Part shown: positions 40,851-49,910 of the stretch, one piece after another
Layout of the letters: each line of letters begins with the position of its first letter
Numbering within the stretch: position 1 is the first letter of the stretch
Source: Candidatus Eremiobacteria bacterium
GTDB lineage: Bacteria > Vulcanimicrobiota > Vulcanimicrobiia > Vulcanimicrobiales > Vulcanimicrobiaceae
Assembly (NCBI GenBank): GCA_963758295.1
Contig: CAVWUU010000004.1
Span: forward strand, 864,001-928,000
Reading direction: 5' to 3'
Length of the DNA: 64,000 nt
Program-made: the position numbers and the translations under genes
The notes under the pieces: generated by a model
What the model saw: the letters and a program-made list of their open reading frames with translations, nothing else
Databases searched by the model: none
Told to the model about the DNA's origin: nothing

Positions 40851-42351
40851 CGAGTCGCACCGGTAGCGTCCCGCCCGCTGCCGCATTGCCGAAGAGCACG
40901 TCTGCGACGGCACCAATCGATGATTCGTCGTCACCGTACGCCGCAATCAGGTGACGCGCTTGCGGGACCAGCGCGCAATCGTAGGGTTCGCGGAGTGAAA
41001 CGACGAGCGCATCCGGAAATCGCTCCACAACCCTCCGGACCGCCTCGAGCTGTTTGCGATAAACATGCGCGCGGCGCATCAACACGACCGGCCGCCGTCC
41101 CGTCGCCGCCACCGCGTTGACGAGAGTTCGAACCTCTTCCGCTTCGGGTTCCAAAGCGGCAACGAGAATTTCCAGCGCCGGCGCTTCGCGCTGCAGCGAA
41201 GCATGCTGTTCGTGGCGTCCTTGTACGCCTTCGCTTGTAGCGCCTTGAAACGAAATCGCGAGCGCTGCCGTCGGATCGACGTGCGGTGTTCCCCGAATGA
41301 CGGTCACCCCTGTGCGCGCGAGTTCCCGGCCGATGCCGGGATGCGGAGGGGCGGCCTCAAGCGGAATGGGATCGTGCGCGCGCACGCGCAAACGGTGAAC
41401 GCGTTCGTAGGCTTGCTGCAAGCGCGTCAAAGGCAGTCGCCCTTCGTGCACCTCGTCCATCAAACGCTGCGCGGCCTGATACGCGAGATAGGGATCGTGG
41501 CTGACCAGCGCGCAGTCGGCGCCTGCGAAAATCGCCTGCGCGACACCTTCGACGGTTCCAATATCGCGAGCAATGGCGTCCATCTGCATGCAATCCGTGA
41601 AGCAGACACCGTCAAAATGCCATTCGTCGCGCAACACTCCGGTCAACAATGCGGGTGAAAGCGTCGCCGGACGCTCCGCATCAAAAGCCCGCATCACGAC
41701 ATGAGCGGTCATGATCGCTGAAGCGCGGGCCGCATTGCACTGGAACGGAACGAGGTCGCGCGCTCTGATGGTTTGCGCATCCGTGTTGACGACGGGCAGC
41801 TGCAAATGAGAATCGAACGCGGTTGCTCCATGGCCCGGAAAGTGCTTGAACGTTGCCGCGACGCCGCCGCTTTCCAACCCTTCCGCAAGCGCGGCGCCGA
41901 GATTCGTGACATGCTCGACGTCACTGCCGAACGAGCGGGTTCCGATTACCGTATTTCGCCCATCCAACGCCAAGTCGACATCGGGAGCGAAGTCGATGGT
42001 GAATCCGGCGCGCCGTAAATCGAAGGCCATTTGCTCGCCGGCATGGCGCACGAGCCGCGCGCGCCCTGCCGCGCCTGCCGCCATCATCGGTGGGATGGTT
42101 TCCACCCCATCGACAAGTCGCGCGACGCGGCCGCCTTCTTGATCCACCGCGAGCACCGGCGTCACGGAATGCAATGCGCGTAAGTCGTCGGTCAACGCGC
42201 GCACTTGGACAAGACTTTCCACGTTGCGCGCAAAGAGCACGTATCCCGCGAACTGCCTTTCCTTCAAAAACGCCCCAAGGCTGCCGTCCAGCGACGTTCC
42301 GCCGAAGCCTGTGACGATTACCCCGCAGGCCAGACGCTCCAACTCGTTCAC
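40843..42351 (-). CDS. nagZ: Beta-N-acetylhexosaminidase (GH3)
   Basis: VDQEGGRV, RSFG, KHFPGHGATAFDSH and TDCMQM. Confidence 0.93.
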   Translation of the reverse strand: MNELERLACGVIVTGFGGTSLDGSLGAFLKERQFAGYVLFARNVESLVQVRALTDDLRALHSVTPVLAVDQEGGRVARLVDGVETIPPMMAAGAAGRARLVRHAGEQMAFDLRRAGFTIDFAPDVDLALDGRNTVIGTRSFGSDVEHVTNLGAALAEGLESGGVAATFKHFPGHGATAFDSHLQLPVVNTDAQTIRARDLVPFQCNAARASAIMTAHVVMRAFDAERPATLSPALLTGVLRDEWHFDGVCFTDCMQMDAIARDIGTVEGVAQAIFAGADCALVSHDPYLAYQAAQRLMDEVHEGRLPLTRLQQAYERVHRLRVRAHDPIPLEAAPPHPGIGRELARTGVTVIRGTPHVDPTAALAISFQGATSEGVQGRHEQHASLQREAPALEILVAALEPEAEEVRTLVNAVAATGRRPVVLMRRAHVYRKQLEAVRRVVERFPDALVVSLREPYDCALVPQARHLIAAYGDDESSIGAVADVLFGNAAAGGTLPVRLDG

Positions 42352-43334
42352 GTGATCGCTCTTCCGCTCTCGGCGTCAAATCTCCGCACGTACGCGGCGT
42401 CGTACGAGAAGCTCACCGTTTCACCGGCTGACGCCGCTTGCGCCGCGGGGACGCGCGCCACCACAACGCCCTCGCGGCTTTCGATATAGACGTAGGCGTC
42501 CGCGCCGGTGCTTTCCCGACGGATCACCCGTCCCTCGAATGGCCCGCCCGGACCGATGCGAACGTGTTCGGGCCGGATGCCGATCGCGCCGCCCGAAGCG
42601 CGCGGCAGCACGTTCATCGGCCGGTCGCCGAGAAACGCCGCAGCCCGAATCGTAGCCGGGGCATCGTACACGCGCTGCGGCTCGCCGGCGTCTTCCACGG
42701 CTCCGTCGATAAGCACGACGAGCTCGTCGCCAATGGCGAGTGCTTCGGCATGATCGTGCGTCACGTATACGATGGGCCCTTCAAAGCGTTGACGAACGCC
42801 AAGCAATTCGTTGCGCACTCGAGCGCGTAGTTCGGGATCCAAATGCGCAAGCGGCTCATCGAGCACAAGCACGGCCGGATCGGAAAGCATCGCCCGTGCA
42901 ATCGAAACACGCTGGCGTTCGCCGCCGGAGAGCATTCCCGGGCGCCGGTTCAAATGCGCGGAAATATCGAGCGCGCGCGCAAGCTCGTCGACCCGCGCAT
43001 GCGACGGCCGCGTGCGAAGCGCAAACTCGAGGTTTGCGCGCACGGAAAGATGTTCGAACAGTGCGTCGGTTTGGAACACCATAGCGATGCGGCGCTCTTG
43101 AGCATTGAATTTCTCGAGCGAACAACCGCCAAGCGCAACCGTTCCCGCTTGGACGCGCAGAAGGCCCGCAATCCCCCGAAGCAGCGTGGTCTTTCCCGCG
43201 CCCGACGGTCCGACAATCGCCAACGTGCGTCCTGGCGATACGGAGAACGAAACGTCGCGAACGGCGCTTCGAGTCGATCCGGGATACTGAATGGAGAGAT
43301 TATTGACGTGCAGCGTCTCAGGCGACGTCGTCAC
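42348..43334 (-). CDS. Sugar-type ABC transporter ATP-binding protein
   Basis: GPSGAGKT, LSGGERQR, LDEP, VTHD and C-terminal GIRPEH (TOBE-like). Confidence 0.92.
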   Translation of the reverse strand: MTTSPETLHVNNLSIQYPGSTRSAVRDVSFSVSPGRTLAIVGPSGAGKTTLLRGIAGLLRVQAGTVALGGCSLEKFNAQERRIAMVFQTDALFEHLSVRANLEFALRTRPSHARVDELARALDISAHLNRRPGMLSGGERQRVSIARAMLSDPAVLVLDEPLAHLDPELRARVRNELLGVRQRFEGPIVYVTHDHAEALAIGDELVVLIDGAVEDAGEPQRVYDAPATIRAAAFLGDRPMNVLPRASGGAIGIRPEHVRIGPGGPFEGRVIRRESTGADAYVYIESREGVVVARVPAAQAASAGETVSFSYDAAYVRRFDAESGRAIT

Positions 43335-43337
43335 GTG

Positions 43338-43700
43338 CTATTTAAGGCGAATCATCTGCGCGACGAGGCCGCCGCCCACTTCGAAAACCGAGATCTCCAC
43401 GTTCTCGCCGCGCCGCAAGTCGCCGACCGAGGCGAACTCGCCGCCGCGATAGATCGCCGTGCTCGGCACTACCGCCACCACGATGTCACCGCCGCGGCTG
43501 CGGACGACCAGTGTGCCGCTGGAATAATCGATATTTTCGATCTTGCCGTGAATCACGCCGGCGTCGTGCGCCGCTTTTCCGGATTCCAGCGACCGGTAGA
43601 CGTGATTGGGATAGGGCGGGGGATCAGCGGGCGCAACAAGGGGAGCCGCGATTAGAGCGGCGAGGGTCAAAGCGAACGCTGAAAACTTCCCCATGGTCAT
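43338..43700 (-). CDS. Small exported OB-fold/DUF5666-like protein
   Basis: Signal peptide MGKFSAFALTLAALIAAP. GKIENID and DLRRGENVEI. Confidence 0.65.
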   Translation of the reverse strand: MTMGKFSAFALTLAALIAAPLVAPADPPPYPNHVYRSLESGKAAHDAGVIHGKIENIDYSSGTLVVRSRGGDIVVAVVPSTAIYRGGEFASVGDLRRGENVEISVFEVGGGLVAQMIRLK

Positions 43701-43773
43701 TTCATGAACGTGAAGCGACGGCTTTCCGTTTCCCAAGCACGGTTTCCTTATCCGGCACAGCAGCGAGCCCAGC

Positions 43774-44073
43774 TTAGGCAAGGGCTTGCCGGTAGGCGCT
43801 TCGAGCCTCCTCGGCGTCCGGGCCGCCGGCCCGAGCTCGTTCCACGGCGTCTCGGAGTTGCACGACAGCGGCATCCTCGGCTTTCCTTCCGCTTAAAACC
43901 AAGCGCAGCGCGATAAGCGTGAGGTCCGGCGTGCGCGCTCCCAGGAGCTTCATTCCCTCGTAGAACGGCCGCGCGGCGGCGACGTCGGACGGCGAGGCGA
44001 GCAGTGCGGTGACTACATCACCTTTTGCAGGCGAACCGTCGAGAAGATACCGGTCGATCAACTCGAAATCCAT
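43774..44073 (-). CDS. Hypothetical helical protein (99 aa)
   Basis: The C-terminal part of ORF 43774..45204 (MDFELIDRYLLDG...) reads protein-like and fills the gap. The remainder is antisense shadow. Confidence 0.6.
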   Translation of the reverse strand: MDFELIDRYLLDGSPAKGDVVTALLASPSDVAAARPFYEGMKLLGARTPDLTLIALRLVLSGRKAEDAAVVQLRDAVERARAGGPDAEEARSAYRQALA

Positions 44074-44076
44074 GGC

Positions 44077-45540
44077 ATGCCATTCGCCGCTCGCCTCGCG
44101 CTGCTCTGCGCCGTCGCGGTGATTACTTTCGGAGCCGCGCGGCCCGAGCCGGTTTCCCAATTGTTGGACCGCATGCGTTCCCACGGCGGTCCCGTTTGGC
44201 GCGCGCATCTGTCGTCGCGCTCGTTGATCGCGGTCGGAGACCGTAGTGCCAACGTCGAAAGCGAATCTCAGGGCGTCCGGTTCTCGACGTACCAATGCGC
44301 GCAGACGCTGTGCACCGGCACCTATTTCGACGGTGAGCGGACTTACGCGATCGACATCAACGGCACCATTCTTCCGCAGTCGGATCTGCCCGATACCTTT
44401 TTGCGCGCTGAGCGCACCGTCGCGTCTCACGCATTTCTGGATCCGGCGTTCCAAGATGACGGCGGGAAAATCACCGACGGCGGCGCGTCGACGATAGACG
44501 GAACGAAATACCGTATGCTCCTCGTCTCGCAGCCGGACACCGTCGCAATGCAAGTTTACGTCGATCCGGCAACGGGTTTCGTTCGGTATCTGCGCGACGT
44601 GAACGGCGATGCGACGCTTGAGTACCGGGATTACCGGAAGATCGAGAGCGGGTTGTGGCTGCCGTTTCTCGTTCTGCGCAACGGGAGCGTCCTCGAACGG
44701 TACGACGACCGCAGCATTCGCCCGGGAGACTTCGAAGAACCGCACGGTCCCGTACCGGCTTTCAACGGCCCCGCGGTCGCGATCGATACCGATCCTAACC
44801 GCTCGATTCCACTCTTTCCATGCACGCTTGGCGGCATTGAGACGACGTGTTTGCTCGACACAGGAAATTCCGGCCTTGCCATTAGCACCGAGCTCTCCCA
44901 TCGCCTTCACGCGCCCGTCGTAGGTGAAATGCAGGTCGCCGGTCTCGGAAGCTACGCAACGCAGGTCGTACACGCCGGGCCGATGGCTGCCGGCAATGCG
45001 ACGTTCCCGAACGCGAATTACGTCGTGTTGAACGACATTCACCGGTTCGGTTACGACGTCGTGCTTGGAGCGGACGTGCTCGCGGCGACGCGAGTGCGTC
45101 TCGACGCAAGCAAACACACCGTTGCCTTCGACGCGCCGGAACCGGCCGAAAGCGTAAGCGTCCCCGTGCACTTCCAGAACTTCGTGCCGACCGTCGCGGT
45201 GCAACTCGGGAATCTGGGCGCGCAGCTAGCGGTCGACACGGGCGACGAATCGGTCATCAATCTTTCGTACGATTTCTATAACGAACACCGGGACTTGTTT
45301 TCAGCGACCGAACAGCGAACGGTCACCGGAATAGGCGGCTCGAGCGTGGAGCTCATCGGCGTCATTCCAAACGTGCGCATCGGCAGTCTTGTCGTGCGCG
45401 ATCAACGAATCGGAACGACGACGACGTTGCACAGCACCGCATACGGGCATCTTGGCGCGGGCTTCTTGCAACAATTCACGGTGCTGCTTGACTATGCGCG
45501 CGGACGCGTCGATTTCGTTTCTCCTTCACCTGCTCCGTAA
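44077..45540 (+). CDS. Exported protein with two retropepsin-like aspartyl protease domains
   Basis: LLDTGNSG...VLGADVL and AVDTGDES...HLGAGFL, with a signal peptide. Confidence 0.85.
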   Translation: MPFAARLALLCAVAVITFGAARPEPVSQLLDRMRSHGGPVWRAHLSSRSLIAVGDRSANVESESQGVRFSTYQCAQTLCTGTYFDGERTYAIDINGTILPQSDLPDTFLRAERTVASHAFLDPAFQDDGGKITDGGASTIDGTKYRMLLVSQPDTVAMQVYVDPATGFVRYLRDVNGDATLEYRDYRKIESGLWLPFLVLRNGSVLERYDDRSIRPGDFEEPHGPVPAFNGPAVAIDTDPNRSIPLFPCTLGGIETTCLLDTGNSGLAISTELSHRLHAPVVGEMQVAGLGSYATQVVHAGPMAAGNATFPNANYVVLNDIHRFGYDVVLGADVLAATRVRLDASKHTVAFDAPEPAESVSVPVHFQNFVPTVAVQLGNLGAQLAVDTGDESVINLSYDFYNEHRDLFSATEQRTVTGIGGSSVELIGVIPNVRIGSLVVRDQRIGTTTTLHSTAYGHLGAGFLQQFTVLLDYARGRVDFVSPSPAP

Positions 45541-45668
45541 GCGCCCGCCCCACGGCGCGCGCGGCCGGCAGAAACTTTTCGAGATCGACGGCATAAACGG
45601 CGCCGAACTCCTCGAGCTGCTCGAGAACGAAAGGTAAGCGCGGCCCGGCGCGCCAACGCGAAGCGATA

Positions 45669-46220
45669 ATGAAAGCCGGCGCCTTTGCGTTGCTCCTTGC
45701 TTGCGTCGCGATGCTTCCTGCAAAAACCGCGGCGGCATCCGAATCCGTCGACGAGTGCACCGTCGTCGCCGTCGAAATGGTGGACAAGGTTGATTCGTCC
45801 GAGGCCCGCGCGGGTGATTTCTTCCGCTTTCAAACGATCAACGCGGTAACGCACGGCGACCAGATCGTCATTCCGGCTCGGACGATGGGTTATGGGATCG
45901 TGGCGATTGCTTCGGCCGCGGGAAGAAGCGGCCACGCCGGCTCGCTCGTTTTGGAGCCGCGCTACCTAATAATGCCCGATGGAAGGCACTTGGGCGTGGT
46001 GCTCAATCACAATACCGCGAATTTGGAACGCAGCGGAGCCAGCGGAAACATGCCGGGCTATCTTGGAGCCATCCCGGTTCCGGGCGTCGGCGCCGCAGTC
46101 GGCGTCTTCAATTACTTCCATAAAGGCAAGAACATCGTCGTTACGCGCGGCAGCGTTTTTACGGTGTTTCCGAGTGACTCGCCGTCGGTCGAGCACTGCC
46201 AGGACCACCCGACGTACTAG
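45669..46220 (+). CDS. Hypothetical exported protein
   Basis: Signal peptide. VDSSEARAGDFFRF and IVIPART recall TrbI-like/LssY beta folds (tentative). Confidence 0.7.
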   Translation: MKAGAFALLLACVAMLPAKTAAASESVDECTVVAVEMVDKVDSSEARAGDFFRFQTINAVTHGDQIVIPARTMGYGIVAIASAAGRSGHAGSLVLEPRYLIMPDGRHLGVVLNHNTANLERSGASGNMPGYLGAIPVPGVGAAVGVFNYFHKGKNIVVTRGSVFTVFPSDSPSVEHCQDHPTY

Positions 46221-46977
46221 CGATCCACTCGGCCGCAGCGCTTTCTACGTAATCCGCGCGATCGCGATGAGGCGAATGTCCGCATCCGGATAAAACGAGG
46301 CGGTCCACCGGGCCGCCGCTTTCTTTGGCAATCATGTCGATTTGCGCGAGAGTCCCGTACTCGTCATCGGAACCTTGAATGCAAAGCGCGGGCGCCTTGA
46401 TTGCGGGCAGCATTGCGGTGATGTCCCATTCCAAGAATGCCGGCGCGAGCCAGATGTCGTTCCAGCCGAAAAATGTCCGGTCGACGTCGCGATGATAACG
46501 CGCCATGCGTTCGCGCAGCGAACTGTTCCGAAAGCGCTCGCCGATAGCGGCGATACTCTGCACCGACAACGCCTCCACGAAGACATGCGGCGCTTCAAGA
46601 ACAAGAGCGGAGACTTGCTCAGGATATGCAGCTGCAAATATCGCGGCGATGGAAGCGCCGTCGCTGTGGCCGAAGAAAATCGGGCGGTGCAGCGCCAGTT
46701 TCTCAACGAGTTCCGGCAGAGCGTCAAGCGCCTCGCGGTGCATGTACTCGATCGCACGATGCTCTTCGAGCGTTTCCGAGAAGCCGTTGCCGTACCGGGA
46801 ATACACGACGCCCGGAAATCCGCTTTTTGCGCAAAGCCGATCGGGGAAATCGCGCCATAGCGCGATCGATCCTAAGCCTTCGTGCAGAAAGACGATCGCG
46901 GGCGCTTGCGAACGTTTGCCCGCGATGCGACGGATCTCCAAATTTCTGCCGGCGATGCGGATCGTTCCGTTCTCCAC
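46159..46977 (-). CDS. Alpha/beta fold hydrolase
   Basis: FLHEGLGS, GHSDGA nucleophile elbow, QGSDDEYG and GHSPH. Confidence 0.92.
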   Translation of the reverse strand: MENGTIRIAGRNLEIRRIAGKRSQAPAIVFLHEGLGSIALWRDFPDRLCAKSGFPGVVYSRYGNGFSETLEEHRAIEYMHREALDALPELVEKLALHRPIFFGHSDGASIAAIFAAAYPEQVSALVLEAPHVFVEALSVQSIAAIGERFRNSSLRERMARYHRDVDRTFFGWNDIWLAPAFLEWDITAMLPAIKAPALCIQGSDDEYGTLAQIDMIAKESGGPVDRLVLSGCGHSPHRDRADYVESAAAEWIASTSGGPGSARPTASHSETP

Positions 46978-46994
46978 CCGCGGCGAATTCGGAG

Positions 46995-47513
46995 CTAGTG
47001 CGGCTTGCTCTTCTCGATCTTGTAGTACTTTTGCGCCAGCGCCAGATGCGATTCTAACACCGGCAACGTCTTTTCCGCGAAAGCCTTCACTTTCACGTTG
47101 TCACCGGAAGCCGCTTCTTTCTTGAAAAGCGCGATGGCCTGCTCGTGGTCGAGTATCTCTTTCTTGAAGTAGGCCGCGGGTGCCATCTTGGCCGCCCGCT
47201 CGGGCTGCGCGTTCATCGGTGCGGGCGAGTAGGTCGGCGGCACTTGCCCGGCAACGCCGTTAGGCACGGAAACTTTCAGTTCGTTGGCGAGCGCAAGCAA
47301 TTCGCGATTTGCCGTCGAGTGATCGGTGACCATCTTGTTGGCGAAATCGTGCACGTACGAATCGGAAACGTCGGCCTGAACCGATGCTTCTTTGATTTCA
47401 GCGGTTCCGGACTTCAACGCCGCTTGGATGAACGTGGCGTCGTTTGCCGCCGCTAAAACGGGCACGGCTGTGGAAAAAATGGCGGCAGTCGCGAGAATCG
47501 TGCGAATCTTCAT
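46995..47513 (-). CDS. DUF4142 family exported protein
   Basis: DATFI, FANKMVTDH, DHEQAIALF and FAEKTLPVLESHL. Confidence 0.88.
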   Translation of the reverse strand: MKIRTILATAAIFSTAVPVLAAANDATFIQAALKSGTAEIKEASVQADVSDSYVHDFANKMVTDHSTANRELLALANELKVSVPNGVAGQVPPTYSPAPMNAQPERAAKMAPAAYFKKEILDHEQAIALFKKEAASGDNVKVKAFAEKTLPVLESHLALAQKYYKIEKSKPH

Positions 47514-47529
47514 GGGTACAAGTGTTCCC

Positions 47530-48384
47530 ATGAACGCAGGTCTCCCACCTCAACATCAGAACCGGCAGCCCGGAATTCAGGGCGAACTTCGGCCGCAGCC
47601 GAAGGAAGACGACGCGCGCTTGCATTCGTCGCGGCGCTTTGAAGACAAAATCTTCGTGATAACCGGGGGCGACAGCGGTATCGGTCGCGCCGTAGGTCTC
47701 GGCGCGGCACGCGAAGGCGCAAACGTTGCAATCGTCTACCTCAACGAAGACGAAGATGCCAAGGCCTCGCAAAAGCAAATGGAAGAGCTCGGAGCGCAGA
47801 CGCTTTCATTCCGCGGCGACGTCGGAGACGAGGCCTTCTGCAAATCCGTAATCGACGAAGTCGTCAAGCGCTTTGGAAAACTTGACGTGCTGATCAACGA
47901 TGCGGGCGAACAGCATCCGCAGGAACGAATCGGCGATATCTCGGCGGAACAGCTCGAACGCACGTTTCGCACGAACATGTTCGGCTATTTCTTCATGGCG
48001 AAAGCCGCGATCGCGCACATGTCCGAAGGCAGTGCCATCGTAAACGTCGCGTCGGTAACGGCGTACGAGGGCAATGCGACCCTCATCGACTACTCGAGCA
48101 CGAAAGGCGCCATCGTTTCGTTCACGCGCGCGCTTTCGAACTCTATCGTCGGAAAACAGAAGATCCGCGTGAATGCCGTAGCGCCTGGACCGATTTGGAC
48201 ACCGTTGATTCCGGCAAGCTATCCGGCAGACCGAGTGAAAGACTTCGGCAAAGACACGCCGATGGGCCGGCCCGGCCAGCCGGAAGAAGTCGCCGCCGCG
48301 ATTCTCTTCCTTGCGTCGGATCAAGCGTCGTACGTCAGCGGACAAACGCTGCACGTCAACGGGGGAACGGTCGTCAACGGCTAG
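47530..48384 (+). CDS. SDR oxidoreductase (YghA/YhdF general-stress type)
   Basis: ITGGDSGIGRA, YSSTKGA, NAVAPGPIWTPL and PMGRPGQPEE. Start ATG 47530. Confidence 0.92.
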   Translation: MNAGLPPQHQNRQPGIQGELRPQPKEDDARLHSSRRFEDKIFVITGGDSGIGRAVGLGAAREGANVAIVYLNEDEDAKASQKQMEELGAQTLSFRGDVGDEAFCKSVIDEVVKRFGKLDVLINDAGEQHPQERIGDISAEQLERTFRTNMFGYFFMAKAAIAHMSEGSAIVNVASVTAYEGNATLIDYSSTKGAIVSFTRALSNSIVGKQKIRVNAVAPGPIWTPLIPASYPADRVKDFGKDTPMGRPGQPEEVAAAILFLASDQASYVSGQTLHVNGGTVVNG

Positions 48385-48731
48385 AGCCGTTGGATGCCCG
48401 CGCCCTCTTCTCCGGGAATCGGCTGTTCTTGCGTAGCCTTTTCGACGGGTAGGCCATGCTCTTTCCACTCGTCGATTCCCCCGCGCAACAGCAGCACTCG
48501 GCCGTAGCCTTGCTGTTCCAAACGGTTCGCCACTTCTTCGGCCTCTTTTTCGTTGTCGGCGCAGAGCGCGATCGTTCCGTCTTTCGCAAGAGGAAGCACG
48601 AGTTTATCGGCTTCCAAAAGCTTCTTCGGGTCGTAGCGCACCGCGCCGCGAATCTGTTCGTTGTGCGTGTGCTTGCGAATGTCGAGCACCGGCGTTGCGG
48701 CGTCGAACTCGTGCGGTTCTATCGTTGTCAC
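48381..48731 (-). CDS. Rhodanese-like domain protein
   Basis: LDIR, IRGA and LRGGIDEW. Confidence 0.8.
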   Translation of the reverse strand: MTTIEPHEFDAATPVLDIRKHTHNEQIRGAVRYDPKKLLEADKLVLPLAKDGTIALCADNEKEAEEVANRLEQQGYGRVLLLRGGIDEWKEHGLPVEKATQEQPIPGEEGAGIQRL

Positions 48732-48895
48732 TTCGCCGTCACTTGGTTGGGATAGTTTGGCTCGTGACGCGCCGCCAAAGCGGGATCGAGCGCCGTTTTC
48801 GGATCGTTGTCACCCGGAACGGACGACTCTTCAACGTAAGGTTTCTTGCTGGACACGTCGCGGTCGGGATGCGGACGGTCATCATGCTTGTCCAT
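48728..48895 (-). CDS. Small hydrophilic hypothetical protein
   Basis: 55-aa ORF (MDKHDDRPHP...) between the AlkB-like and rhodanese genes, with a GTGA overlap. Confidence 0.5.
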   Translation of the reverse strand: MDKHDDRPHPDRDVSSKKPYVEESSVPGDNDPKTALDPALAARHEPNYPNQVTAK

Positions 48896-48902
48896 ACGCG
48901 AT

Positions 48903-49487
48903 TCATACCTGGACGCGCCGCATGCGAAACGCCACGCTGATTCTCGCGTCACTCGGGCGCGGCGACTTAGCGACGGTATGTTCCCAAAATTCTTGCGCGC
49001 GGCCGCTCATCACGAATAGGCTGCCTGCCTCGAGGTCCACGGAGTGCATTCGGCGCGGCTGCGCCTTGGTGCGGACCTGCATGCGACGCGTTGCACCCAA
49101 ACTCAGGAGCGCAATTGTCGGACGGTGGACCAACTCGTCGAGATGGTCGTTGTGCCACGCCACACTGTCGCGTTCGCTTCGATAGTAGTTCAAACCGACC
49201 GAATTAAACCGTTCGCCTAGGGCCGCTTCGACGTCGGTTTTGACGGCTGCCACCTGGTGGGGAAGTGCGTCGCCGGGACGATACGCGTAGACGAGGCGCG
49301 GCACGTCGACCTCCCGATCGTACATCCACATGGTTTCCGTCTTCCAAGGCGTGTTCTCGAGCAAATACCGGAACAGGCCGTCGGCCTCGGACGGGTCGAT
49401 GAGTGAAGGGTAGTAGCGGATTGTCCCGGTCTCGGCGTCCTCGAGCGTACGTGGGCCGGCGTCAAAAAGCGGTAGTTGGGCACCCAT
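48903..49487 (-). CDS. AlkB-like 2OG-Fe(II) dioxygenase
   Basis: LNYYR..DSVAWHND, LSLGATR, WEHTV and RISVAFR. Confidence 0.9.
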   Translation of the reverse strand: MGAQLPLFDAGPRTLEDAETGTIRYYPSLIDPSEADGLFRYLLENTPWKTETMWMYDREVDVPRLVYAYRPGDALPHQVAAVKTDVEAALGERFNSVGLNYYRSERDSVAWHNDHLDELVHRPTIALLSLGATRRMQVRTKAQPRRMHSVDLEAGSLFVMSGRAQEFWEHTVAKSPRPSDARISVAFRMRRVQV

Positions 49488-49502
49488 CTCTTAAAGTCTT
49501 AG

Positions 49503-49564
49503 TTGACAATCCCGGCGGCGGGAAGTACCCTTCTCTTAACGAATTAGTATTAACGAATTAGGAG
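49503..49564 (+). promoter_or_regulatory. Promoter followed by a tandem 12-bp direct repeat and SD
   Basis: TTGACA (49503)-17-TACCCT (49526). TTAACGAATTAG at 49536 and 49550. AGGAG at 49560. Confidence 0.6.
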
Positions 49565-49573
49565 TTGCGTCGT

Positions 49574-49777
49574 ATGTCGATGAAGACGGCCCTGGCTCTT
49601 CTCGCGTTCTTCGTTGCGGCCGCGCATTGTGCCGGCCACGCGTTGGCCGAGCAGCGACTCTCCATACGCGCCGTTTCGGCCGCTGCGCGCATTGACGGGA
49701 AGCTTCGCACCGCGTTCCTTATGACAGACGAAAGGCTCGCTACGTTGCATTCGGCGCCGGTAAAGGAAGTGAATTGA
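49574..49777 (+). CDS. Small protein with a signal-peptide-like N-terminus (67 aa)
   Basis: SD AGGAG, ATG 49574 and hydrophobic MKTALALLAFFVAAAH. Confidence 0.55.
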   Translation: MSMKTALALLAFFVAAAHCAGHALAEQRLSIRAVSAAARIDGKLRTAFLMTDERLATLHSAPVKEVN

Positions 49778-49910
49778 CGGTGCTTTCCCCCATGCAAATC
49801 GAGCGGATCGTGAAAGCCTTCTTTTCAGACAATCGCAAACCGGGTCGGCTTCTTGCGCCGTCGCAATACACGGCAACGACACGGCAGACTGGTCCGCTTC
49901 GCGGCTGGAG

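Noticed and set aside
44074..45204. N-terminal 377 aa of ORF 43774..45204
   Set aside because: Antisense shadow of the aspartyl protease gene. Only the last 99 codons are kept.
45476..45668. Protein-like minus-strand stretch LPFVLEQLEEFGAVYAVDLEKFLP
   Set aside because: No plausible start outside the opposite gene. It may be a remnant but I cannot support it.
46159..46220. Convergent 3' overlaps (62 bp here, 41 bp at 26766-26806, 27 bp at 8887-8913)
   Set aside because: Short tail-to-tail overlaps are common in compact GC-rich genomes, and there is no sign of special function.
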